Positions 40,578 to 52,665 of a DNA stretch of 62,000 bases are shown here, piece by piece; the stretch's first letter is position 1, and each line of letters starts with the position of its first letter. Below the pieces are notes generated by a model. It saw nothing but the letters and a program-made list of their open reading frames with translations, ran no database searches and was not told the DNA's origin. A program made the position numbers and the translations under genes. Source of the stretch: Octopus vulgaris (taxonomy: Eukaryota); the NCBI GenBank assembly GCA_951406725.2, contig OX597824.1:32384001-32446000 (forward strand). Direction: 5' to 3'.

Positions 40578-40825
40578 TTAAAAGGTTTAGTTGAACAAAT
40601 CAACCCCAGCATATATTTTTTAAAGACTGTTATTTATTCTATCAGTCTGTTTTGCTGAACTGCTAAGTTACTCTAAGTTAGTTGATTTAAACAAAAACAA
40701 TAGCAACAATCACATACAGTGTCATGATAAATTTAAAGAATAATAAATTTTTAGAAAAACAAAGAATTCAATATTATTTCTCTTTGTAAAAGTAAACAAC
40801 AAAATAATGACAATAACTGACTTAC

Positions 40826-40879
40826 CCATCTGTAGAAGAAGCATTGTCTGGTCCTTGAGACCACCAGAATGGTAAATAA
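40826..40879 (-). CDS. RyR: RyR exon: (S)YLPFWWSQGPDNASSTD(G)
   Basis: RyR motif SYLPxWWxxGP. TAG acceptor, GTAAGT donor. 54 nt, phase 2 to 2. Confidence 0.95.
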
Positions 40880-41275
40880 CTATAAAAATGATAAAATATG
40901 TCATTGACAGGTACATAAATAATTAATTGGTTTATATAAAGTTGATAATACAAGATATAGTAGTTCTCTGAATGGTTTTCTTTTTTCTAAAATTTTAACT
41001 TTAAAACTTAATTAAAGGATAATTATTTTTTAAACCATCTATGCAAAGACTGCCAATAAATTTTTACTTTAAATAGGACTGGCTTATGGTCAAATAGCAA
41101 TAATAACAACAACTACAGTAATTAAAGTAACAATATTTCTTTATATTTTACATTTTTTTGGTATAATTGTTAAGTCTTGAGAGAGATTCGTTTTATGTTA
41201 TGGCTCTGAGTTTCTTTATTTTTAAGGATAAAATTCACCCATGAAAAATGGATATTTGTCAGTGAAGAACCTTAC

Positions 41276-41411
41276 CTGCATAACATTGGCAAAGTGACAT
41301 CCATAATATGTGGAGAATCTTGACAATCCCCACCAGATTCAGCAAGTTTATCAATATCTGTGATGATAGATTCTAAGCCAGGCACGCATTCAGATAAACT
41401 GTCCATCACAT
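41276..41411 (-). CDS. RyR: RyR exon: (D)VMDSLSECVPGLESIITDIDKLAESGGDCQDSPHIMDVTLPMLC(S)
   Basis: RyR motif LAESG....PHVxxxTLPMLCS. CAG acceptor, GTAAGG donor. 136 nt, phase 1 to 2. Confidence 0.96.
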
Positions 41412-42014
41412 CTGTGAATAATATTAACAATATAATTATTTTGTAATTCAGAATTTTAAATAATTATAATAAATTACACTTGGATTCTTTACATCTGGCA
41501 CAAGACTGAAACACATAAGAGAAAAACCATCTGAAATATTTCAGATAAAATACTTGTCTTCAAAAAATTGAAATTGTTTTTACTCTGAAAATTAAATTTC
41601 TATTAACAAAGCTTTTATAAGATATTTTTTGCCATATATTATTCTTATAAAAATTTCCAACTGAGGAAATGTTAAAAGTAATTTTTTTTATTATGGCAGG
41701 AAACTTACTATATATATTTCATATACTTACTATATATTTTATACACTTATTATTTTACCAATATATTTATTAAATGATACGTAATATTAATTATTTCTAA
41801 TATTTTACAAACAAATATTTTGATAAATTGACAAAATGTTTATTAGAAAAATAACTATTGAAATTATTTGATTTTAATCATTTTACAGGATGTATTTGAT
41901 TATAAAATATAATAAATTTGCTTTTAAAAGATATATTTCAATAATGCTTCAGAAATTTCTTGACTTTTATACTTTTATTGAAATAAAATATATTTCTAAC
42001 ATATCTGAAGGCAT

Positions 42015-42200
<186 letters not shown>

Positions 42201-42635
42201 ACATACACATACATACATACGTATTTATGTGAACCTAACAAATAACAAAATAATAAAAACAAACTGGTAAACTAGACATGTTAGTTAATGTTCTAAAAGT
42301 TATAACAAAAAAGTGTTACGAAAGAGGAATTATATTAAACAAGTTAATAAGAAAACAATAAAAATGTTTAACATTTTGTGTTCATACTAAATTCTAGATA
42401 TATATTAATCTAAAATATTTAGAAATTGTTTTAGGAGCTAAATGTTTGGAATAACACTTTCATTTCTACTTGTGAATTTTGCTTAAGAAATATTTGGGAT
42501 TTCTTAACAAAACTTGAGTAGATTATGTTATATAGGAAAATGGTGCGGTGATGAGGAATAGGAGAATATAAGTTATATAACTAAAAATGAAATGCTGAGG
42601 CATTTTGATGTCACTAAACTGATATTTAACTAGGC

Positions 42636-42695
<60 letters not shown>

Positions 42696-42730
42696 CCAGT
42701 TCTGTATTTAAGAAATGAGGAATTGTGTAC

Positions 42731-42898
42731 ATTATTTACATTATTTACATTTGACGGATATTTGTCCTCATCTTGTTTGCTCTTAACACAACGTTTCGGC
42801 TGACATTACCCTCCAGCCTTCTTCAGGTATCTTGGGGAAATTTCGAACCTGGGTTCTCATTCCTAAGGTATTTTTCGATGTTATTATTATTATTATTA

Positions 42899-42955
<57 letters not shown>

Positions 42956-43092
42956 TCCCTGCCTGGAATCGAACTCAGAATCTTGGGGTTAGTAGCCCGT
43001 GCACTTAACCACTATGCCATATGCTCACGAATTGTGTTAATAACAAGCAAGATGAGGACAAATATCCGTCAAATGTAAATAATGTAAATAAT
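42731..43092 (-). mobile_element. tRNA-headed, hammerhead-bearing element with 61-bp inverted ends
   Basis: IRs at 42731-42791 and 43032-43092 (3 mismatches). tRNA-like head 43026-42957 with A box TGGCATAGTGG and B box GAGTTCGATTCC. Then (AAT)n and a hammerhead at 42831-42785. Confidence 0.85.
42785..42831 (-). ncRNA. Minimal type I hammerhead ribozyme (Penelope-type)
   Basis: GATAC-CTGAAGA-A-GGCTGG-AGGGTAATG-TCAGCC-GAAAC-GTT-GTGTT. Intact core, stem I with wobbles, palindromic ACGT in place of stem III, GUU triplet. Confidence 0.7.
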
Positions 43093-43469
43093 TATTATTA
43101 TCATTATTATTAAGATGATGGTGGTAGTGGTTGAGGTGATGATGATGATGATGGTGATGAGTTTATATTGTGTAGCTGCTTCTCTGTTTTACCAGTTCCA
43201 GATTATTGCACAGTTGCACAAAATACTAAACTTAGGTTGATGTATAAAGAATTGCAGTTTTGTTAATTTAAACCTGGATACATTTCTTGAATAAACTTTT
43301 ATTTAGATATATGTATTTGGTATAAATTTTAGTCTAATGATTTATGCTAATGATTTTTGCTAATGATTTAGGCTGATAATTTATACTAATGATTTTACTT
43401 TTACAATTTGTTTATATATTTTAGTTTGTCAAATTAAATATGAAGAAAAAAGCAAATTAACAATTTTGG

Positions 43470-43897
43470 GCACCATCCAAGCATGATTGTTGCCAGAGCA
43501 GCTAACTGGCTTCCATGCTGGTGGCACGTAAAAAGCACCATTTGAGCGTGATCATTACCAGCATCGCCTTACTGGCACTTGTGCTGAGGGCACATGAAGA
43601 AACTTTCAAGTGAGGTCACTGCTAATGTCGGTGGACTGGCTCCTGTGCAGGTGGCATGTAAAAACACCATTCGAGCATGACTGTTGCCAGTACTGCCTGA
43701 CTGGCCCTCGTGCCAGTGGCACGTAAAAGCACCCACTACACTTTCAGAGTAGTTAGTGTTAGGAAGGGCATTCAACTGTAGAAACTCTGCTAGATCAAGA
43801 CTGGAGCCTGGTGCAGCCATCTGGTTCGCCAGCCCTCAGTCAAATCGTCCAACCCATGCTAGCATGGAAAGCGGACGTTAAACGATGATGATGATGA
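43470..43897 (+). mobile_element. SINE or RTE-tail copy with (GAT)n tail
   Basis: Same family as 4050-4370. Confidence 0.85.
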
Positions 43898-43924
43898 TTG
43901 TTTGTGTTTTTTTTTTCCTTGCCT

Positions 43925-44053
43925 ATCATGGGCCCATAGTTCTGGGTACAGTCCCACTGCATGGCACCTTGGGCAAGTGTCTTCTACTATAGCCTCGGGC
44001 CGACCAAAGCCTTGTGAGTGGATTTGGTAGACAGAAACTGAAAGAAGCCCATC

Positions 44054-44099
<46 letters not shown>

Positions 44100-44320
44100 A
44101 TATGTTTGTGTGTCTGTGTTTGTTACCCCCTGCGAACATTGCTTGACAACCGATGCTGTTGTGTTTACGTCTGCGTAACTTAGTGGTTCGGCAAAAGTGA
44201 CCAATAGAATAAGTACTAGGCTTAAAAAGAATAAGTCCTTGGGTTGATTTGCTCGACTAAATGCAGTGCTCCAGCATAGCCACAGTCAAATGACTGAAAC
44301 AAGTAAAAGAGTAAAAGACT
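43925..44320 (+). mobile_element. SINE with internal (TA)n/(TG)n
   Basis: Best-preserved copy of the family also seen at 29965 and 32050. Confidence 0.85.
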
Positions 44321-44613
44321 AAAAACTGCACTATGAAATTCCATCTCAACCAGCTTATACCCCAGACCTTTCTCAAAACATCGCATTTTCAAGCATTTCC
44401 ACAGCTTACCATGAATGAAGGTCACCAAAAGCCCAGCAGCAGCTCAAAAGAACTTCAAAGAATTTATGAGTTTCAGGACTCCATAATTATACCAGAATAA
44501 ATAGCCTTACGTTTCATTGGCAAAAATATGTAGACTCTAATGGTCGTTATTTTGATTGCTATATTGCTTTAAAACTGGTTAAAACCTGCAATTATTTTTG
44601 CATCAATCTGATA
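44321..44613 (+). mobile_element. Mariner transposase 3' remnant with right TIR
   Basis: PAYTPDL...HFFKH...EFMSFRTP...INSL..HWQKYVDSNGRYFD, then aaacctgcaattatttttgcatcaatctgata. Confidence 0.82.
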
Positions 44614-44739
44614 TTTAATATTTTAAAAAATATGACTCAAAATTCATTTGAAGAAAACTATTATTATTATAATTATTGTTATAATAGTAATAATAATAAT
44701 GATAATAATAATAATAATAATAATGATAATAAAAATGAT

Positions 44740-44775
<36 letters not shown>

Positions 44776-44819
44776 TATTATTATTATTATTATTAATGTT
44801 ATTATTATAGTTACTGTTG

Positions 44820-44853
<34 letters not shown>

Positions 44854-45228
44854 ATTCCACCAAGGTCAACTTTGCTTTTCATCCTTTTGGGGTTGATAAA
44901 TTAAGTACCAGTTGAGTAATGGGGTTGATGTAATCGTCTTACTCTTCCCTCAAAATTTCAGGCTTTGTGCCTATAGTATAAAGGACTACTGCTACTACTA
45001 CTAATTCCAGCTTAATTTAACATCTGGGGAAAGTTATTGCCTCAATCGATCTGGGAGGCATAAAATGTGCCAGGATGCGACAAAGCCATTTGAGTTGAAG
45101 GAAGAGAACTATGAAAGAATTATATCCTGCATCCTCATTATTTTAAAAACTTTCCTTCAAACATTCATATGTGAAAATTGATGCGAATGACTGTTATTAT
45201 CATTATTATTATTATTATTATTATTATT

Positions 45229-45652
45229 CAGTAGTTTTATTTTTATAGCGTGCTTTCACTTCACTACCGAGCGCAGCTCTGTGTGCCTTGGGTATGTGCT
45301 GTGATTTGTTGTGATGCTCTGATGGTTATTGTATGGAAAGTGTTCTGCATAGGATGTGTGCAGTGCCTAGTAGTGCAATTTTCTGTATGTTATATGTGTT
45401 TGTAAGTCCTGGTGTTTTTGTTATGTATTTGTCTGAATATTTTTTTATCATGCCTAATGCATCTACTATGATAGGAATTGTTTCTGTTTTCAGATTCCAC
45501 ATTCTAGTTACCTCTATTTCCAGGTCTTTGTATTTTGAGAGTTTCTCCATTTCTTTTAGAGACACGTTGTCATCTGCCGGTATTGATACATCAATTAGAA
45601 AGCATTTTTTTTCTTCATGATCTCTGACAACTATATCTGGTCTGTTGGCCTT
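45229..45652 (-). mobile_element. 5'-truncated R4/Dong-type element flanked by (TAA)-type repeats
   Basis: ANRPDIVVRDHEE...KEMEKLSKYKDLEIEVTRMW...QKIALLGTAHIL..TLSIQ*. Confidence 0.85.
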
Positions 45653-45793
45653 ATATCATTATTATCATTATTATCATTATTATTATCATTATTATTATTA
45701 TTATTATTATTATCTTTATTATTATTATTATCATTATTATCATTATTATTATTATTATTTTTATTATTATTATTATCATTATTATCATTATTA

Positions 45794-45825
<32 letters not shown>

Positions 45826-46763
45826 GTTATTATTATATATATTATTATATTATATTATATTATTACACTATATTATCATTATCATTGTTTCTGATTTAGG
45901 TCCAACGCCAGCAATTTTTCTGTCCTTCTGTATTCTGAATTCAAATTCTACCAAAGTCAACTTTGCCTTTCATCCTTTTGGGTTTGATAAAATAAAGCAC
46001 CAGTCAAGCTCGTGATCGATGGCATCCACTATGACACACCCCTCAAAAACTGCTGGCCTTGTGCTTAAATCAGGACTAATTATTATTACAGCATCTTTTA
46101 TTCAGGTATTAACTTACTTCTAAATGTGTAGAGACTTACAGCAATTCTCAAGAAGAAAATAAATATTGTAACAAGAGATAAATGTAGAAGACTCTGCTGT
46201 GGTTCTTCCATACATAAATATATATTCACATTCATACATACATGTAGATAGGAACCAAAAGAAGCTTTTGGCTACATGCACACATGTATGCACGCATATC
46301 TTTTGTGCATGGATGTGTGTATGTTTATGTCTCCTTGTTTCCACATTACACTATAGTTGGAAATGATTGTTACCATCATACAAATAGTGTCCTCCTGTGG
46401 AAACATGTCCAGCCGCAGTGAAGTATTACCTAGCTTGAATGCAATTTGAGAGTTGGTGACATGAAGGGCGTCTGGCCATAAAAAAAATCTGCTTTAACAA
46501 ATTTCATCTGATCCATTCAAGCAAGCAAAATTAGACATTATAATGGTGATGAGGTTGGATATAGCTATGTTCTAGGGTTAGGTATGTTTTTACAAAAGAT
46601 TAGAAATAAAAGACACTGCTTGTGTGATGATGACACTCATTTATAACTATTTATGATGTCAAAGCAAGGACATACACACAAAAATATAGATATACATGTA
46701 TATTTATACATACATATTATGTATGTATGTATGTATGTATGTATGCATGCATTTATGCATGTG

Positions 46764-47389
<626 letters not shown>

Positions 47390-48886
47390 GTGTCCGTATA
47401 TGAATACATATATACTTGAGTATATTTAATTATACATATACACATATGTACATGTATATAAAGAATAAATTAACATCAAAGAATGCCAGGAACCAAGAGC
47501 TAGGAAAAGTTTTTCAGACAAAAGTAACAAATTTGATATTTTTTTTCTTCTGAAAGAAAAATAATGATACATGGAATTTGCTAGTTTATATATTAATAAT
47601 GATCTCTTGTGACATGTAAATCAGTATGTAGGTTAGTTGGTGACATAAATGGTGAGGGGGATTTTGTTTTTCATATGTAGATGAGACAGATAACGTAAAA
47701 ATCCTTATGTATCTAACAAAAGGTGAACTGGCCACAGAAAGTAAAGCTATAAGATAGATGGGAATTTAAAATTTAATTGTATGTATATTATTAAAGAAAA
47801 TGTAGTTTTCCACTCCACCATGCCTGCTTTTAATATGAAAGTTAAAGAACCTCACAAAAATAGAATATTAAATAAGATTATTTATTCTGCAAAATATAAT
47901 GAGTTAAATTAAATGAATTATTTAACCAGTGAATTAGGAAACAAAAATATCGAATTAATGCAATATTTGCCTCTATTCGAGAAAACATGGGGAAAACAGA
48001 AAAGAAAAAAAAAAGAATGTTTTTTTTTTCCTTTCAGAAACTGTGGACCAAAATCAAAAGAAAAATTGAAAATTTATTATAAAGAAATAAAAATAGAAAA
48101 AGACAGAAAGTTCAAAATTCAGTTTGAATAGTAAATATGTTCAATTAAATGAAATGGGGATTAGTAATGTCAATGATTAAAGAACAAGTAAATTAGTTAA
48201 GACTTATGATGGCTTTGATGTTTTATATAAAATTCTGCATCATTTTTCCTTGCAGATAAATTTGAGAGAAATGAAAGAAGTTGGAAGCAATTTAGAATCT
48301 ATGATTTATTAACTTAATTTGTATGTTAATTTTAAAACGATTCATCTCATAGAAATAATATAACTATGAAAGATAGTAATTTCTCACTAGGTTCTGTTTA
48401 TGGAACTCAGGAAGTGGTTCTCTGTTTATTATTGAATTATAACCAAAATAGTTTGGTCTGCAATACATTATAACTATTTTCTAAACTTGTCATGTAATTT
48501 GTGATAAGACTTCCTCTTTGATTATTTCTTTAATAAAACTGGGAATTATGTAATTGATATGTTTTTGAAACTGTAGCCAAATAAAGTATTTAAAAAGAAA
48601 TAAAGTGTATATATACGAGAAAATTATCTCTATGATATCTATTTGCAAAAATAGATTTCTAAAAAGTCAAATTATTATTCAGAATCACAAATTCCTTTTC
48701 TTTCATTCCTGTAACCTCTAAACTATATAAATAAATTTTTCAAACATTTTGTTTCTCTAGTAAAGAGAAAGAAAATGAAATAATTTTTATTAATGTCGGC
48801 TCAAATAAAGTATGTTTGTTTCTATCTTTTAGAAACCATCGACTTCATTAGTGAGAAGAGGAAAAAGTGCATAGAGAAGACCATAC

Positions 48887-48934
48887 CATCTGACCCCTCT
48901 TCAGGTTTAGCTTCACCTTCTGATGTACTGACAT
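48887..48934 (-). CDS. RyR: Candidate RyR cassette exon: (D)VSTSEGEAKPEEGSD(D)
   Basis: Acceptor ggttcatgcatgtgtttgCAG, donor G|GTATGG. 48 nt, phase 1 to 1, matching the host intron 41412-50858. Open, hydrophilic linker-like peptide. Confidence 0.6.
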
Positions 48935-50129
48935 CTGCAAACACATGCATGAACCAGAAGACCAATTAAGAACTAATGAATACAATTTGAAAATGTTCCA
49001 AAACCTCTCCTGATTATTGAAGAACAGATTAAGGGATCATATTTCACAAATTATAAAATAATTTACTTCAAATGAAATGCCAATCCCTGAGATCACAACA
49101 GAGGAAATAGGCTAAAATCAATCAATGTACAAAGAAACAAATGTCTGAATTGTTGGAAACTATTAGAAGAATTAGCAAACATGTCATCATCATTTTTAGA
49201 ACACAGACATATATTTTTGAATAAGACAATGACACATAGCTGCTGGTGATAATATTAAATACAAACATATCATAAATGTGTATTCACTATAAATGTATGT
49301 ATATTTATGATATAATTTGAAAATGCATTACATGAGCAACTGTATGTATATAATCAAACAGTATAAGTTTAAATTTCATTGGGGTTCTCTTCTATTTTCT
49401 GTTCCTGTTAATAAAATGGGGTTCCTCCAAAGGATCTTTGGAGGAATGTTACTTGATAGGGTGCACAGGTAAGAAATCAGGAAGATTCTCCAGGTAGAGC
49501 CAGTACTACTATGCAACAGTCTCAGCTGGCCACACTTGAGAATTCAGGCAAAAAGTGTAATAACAGTAGTTTCTGATAAGATCTACAGAGTTGGTACCTG
49601 AGGACTCTACCTCCACAATCCTTCTCGTAGTAGTAGGCAAAGGAAATGGAGGGATGGAGAAAGAAAATAAGCATCAATAATATTACTTACGAATACTTTT
49701 TATTTTGTCAGAATAAATAAGTAGTTAATGTTGGCATCTAAGGCAGAAAATATGATTGTTAAAGACTATTAAAGCAGTGTTTAATCTATGAATGTTATAA
49801 CGTGTAGTGTGTGTTAGTTCGTGTATATACATACGCTTGTGTGTGTATGTGTAGACATCGTATATACAAATGTGGTAGTGTATGCATGTGTGTACAATTT
49901 TCATCTATGCCATCCCAATGATAGCGACAACTGTGGCAATCCAAGTCTCCCTGTGTATGTATTTATAAGTAATAGTGAGAATATTACTAGGATAACCTGG
50001 AGACATACACAAGCCCTAAAATACACCAGATGTGACAGCATCTAAGAAAGAAAGGACCTTATAGATACATAATGGAATGGAAAGATCAGACAGGAAACTT
50101 CTAATCTAAAAGACAAAAAAGAAAAGGAA

Positions 50130-50340
50130 CCCATATATTGGAAACTTAGAAGGTTCTCATGCATGATATGGATGGACGTTTTGTTGAGATGAAAGTAAGA
50201 ATATTGCTTTTGTCAAAGGCCATTAGGATTGGGACATCACAGGTGCATGTGACAGAGGAAATCATATCTCCAATATGATTTTATCGAAAGCAAACTGATT
50301 GGAGTGATTGTTGATCCGAGAAGATGACATAATGCTGTTT
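50130..50340 (+). mobile_element. Decayed RTE-clade LINE 3' fragment
   Basis: Remnant of RR..WYG.VLRM...C.VK.....ITGACDRG. Confidence 0.45.
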
Positions 50341-50858
50341 ATTATGACTGTGTTCTCTCATCCCTGAGATATTGAAAGTAAGACTGATAGGTCAGTGTTT
50401 GACCATTTTGGGTGTGAGAATGTCTGTTTATGTGGATTTGTATAAATTCCTATGCAAAGAGAAATACTGAAAAGTTTGATGAAGATGAGCTTATTTTGAT
50501 GAGCAGAGATATGGTAAACATCACCAGTGGGTCTTGCTGAACTCTCTGAAGGTTTAATTATATTTCTGAGACATGATAATATAAGTTTAAAAATCTTCAT
50601 ACTCGTCAAACTATAAGCCATAATTTTATTGTAGAGCAATGGCCTCATTTAATGAAATCAGAAAGAAAATGATGTAAAGAAGAATTTGCACCAATCAAAA
50701 AGGCAAAAATTACGCTGCAGTTATTTCTGTGTTGAATATTTACAGAGTTAAAAATGCAATAACGTTGATGACTATGGCAATCCAAAAGGCATTAATGGAC
50801 TGAAAGCATTTTAAAATTGTTCATTAAGAAAGTTTGTTAAATTATTTTGAAAACCTAC

Positions 50859-51007
50859 CTTGTGCTTCCAGTGAATGTTCAGCAATATTTCCTTTAATTC
50901 CATACATTACAGAAAATTTATTATAGGTATTGAGTTTAGGTTCCAAAAATGCCACCGGAAAACAGCTAGCAAAAGCTCCAATGCATTCACCAAGAACAGG
51001 CCGATGT
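50859..51007 (-). CDS. RyR: RyR exon: (R)[49 protein letters not shown](D)
   Basis: RyR motif RPxLGEC......PVAFLEP. TAG acceptor, GTAGGT donor. 149 nt, phase 2 to 1. Confidence 0.96.
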
Positions 51008-51783
51008 CTAAAGATTTTCAGAAAGGACAAAAATAAAAGAAAATTTAAATTACATTAAGTTTCATTAAAACAAAAAGGAAAGAACAACTGAAAATTTGAA
51101 ACAAAAGATGGTTATTAATATTCTGAACTGTTTATTGTTTCCTCCAGAAGATAAAATGACGATCTAGAAATAAAATAACTCAATAAAATGTCACTTAAAA
51201 ATATTGACTTTGAAATGAAATAATAATAAGAAACAAAGATTTATTGTGAGAGGGAATAATACTGAGAATATGGCACTGGAAAATCATCCTCTTTATTGCA
51301 AAAAAGATATTGAACTTGCTTACATTTAAGAAAATTTAGCCAAAATATTTCTTTACCACAGAAAATAATATAAAATCGTTTTATTCAGTAGTAATGATGT
51401 AACAAATAATACAGTAGCTTCTTAGCATATCGTTAGGTTAAATAGGTTAATAAATTTATAGTTTTATCAATAAAATATCTTTGATTTTATGAGAAACTTA
51501 ATACTTGTGTAAGTTTTATATACAAGATTTAACAATTTTTCTAAATGCACTATAATTTAATATTGTATGCAATCAAAAATAATTATAAAGCAAGAAAATC
51601 TTTACTGCATAAAGCAATTGGAAAGCTGGTTTAGTAAGAATTGAGACAGAGTTAATGCACAAACAGCTGTCAACATTCAGAAATATAACTACATGAAATT
51701 AAAAACAAACAAAAATCCAAAATAAATAACATGCAAAATGATAAACATTTAATGAGTTTCAATTTAATAATTTGTGTTACTGC

Positions 51784-51836
<53 letters not shown>

Positions 51837-51844
51837 TGATTATT

Positions 51845-52065
51845 AAGGTGGTGAACCAGCAGAATTGTTAGTATGCCGGACAAAATGCTTGGCAGCATTT
51901 CGTTCATGTTTACATTCTGAGTTCGAATTCTGCTGAGGTCAGCTTTGCTTTTCATCCTTTCTGGGTCGATAAAATAAGTACCAGTTGAATACTGGGTCAA
52001 TGTAATTGACTATCCTCCTCCCCCAAATTCCAGGCCTTGTGTCTATTATAGAAATGATTATTATC
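51845..52065 (+). mobile_element. SINE (same family as 1136)
   Basis: ggtgaaccagcagaattgttag...ctgagttcgaattc...gctttgcttttcatcc...aaaataagtaccag. Follows (ATT)n. Confidence 0.8.
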
Positions 52066-52289
52066 ATTGTTGTTGTTGTTGTTGTTGATGATGGTGTTAT
52101 AAGAATTTACACCCTTTTGGGAGAACATGAAATAATTTTTTAATGGAACAGTGGATCTTGAAGCACATAAAGCTATAAAAAAATAACATGGAAATATTGG
52201 GTTGAAAAACTCTTTGGGATTGAAAACTTCAAAGGTTGTCTATTATTTAAAGATTTATGAGCTTTGAGATTCACTGTTCAAAAGAGAGT

Positions 52290-52665
52290 TATTATTACTA
52301 TTATTACTTTTAATCTGCATGTTTGTTACGATCACTTGCTGAGACACACCCAGCATCTTAGGTCAAGTGAAGGATAAGAGATGTTACAGTATGACTGAAA
52401 GCTTGGGAAGGGGAAGTGGCAGGGGCAGTGGTGAAATATCTTCATGTAATACAACACAGGCATTTAAATGGATAGAGTTTTTCTAAGGATGTGGGCAGTA
52501 CTTGCTAGCACAATCTTTTAGATTTCTCAGAGACCTGGTTCTCCTGGGGTATTATCTAAATGTTTCTGACATCCTTTTTTATCATACCTAGGGCACCTAC
52601 AATAACAGGAACAGTTCTCACTTTAAGATGCCATGTCTTTTGTATTTCAGTTTCCAGGTCCTTAT
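52290..52665 (-). mobile_element. Third R4/Dong-type endonuclease C-terminal fragment (divergent subfamily)
   Basis: KDLETEIQKTWHLKVRTVPVIVGALGMIKKG...KIVLASTAHILRKTLSI*. (AAT)n lies at the truncated 5' end. Confidence 0.8.

Noticed and set aside
42957-43026. tRNA-like sequence (also heads at 10895, 26560 and 27950) as a genuine tRNA gene
   Set aside because: The acceptor stem does not pair and each head is fused to a repeat body, so these are SINE heads.
48833-48969. Plus-strand acceptor plus a 44-codon ORF (TIDFISEKRKKC...) suggesting a nested antisense gene
   Set aside because: I found no upstream plus-strand exons or homology. The same bases are better explained by the phase-matched minus-strand cassette exon 48887-48934.
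49422-49446. Perfect 11-bp hairpin TTCCTCCAAAG-GAT-CTTTGGAGGAA
   Set aside because: It is short and isolated, with no supporting context.
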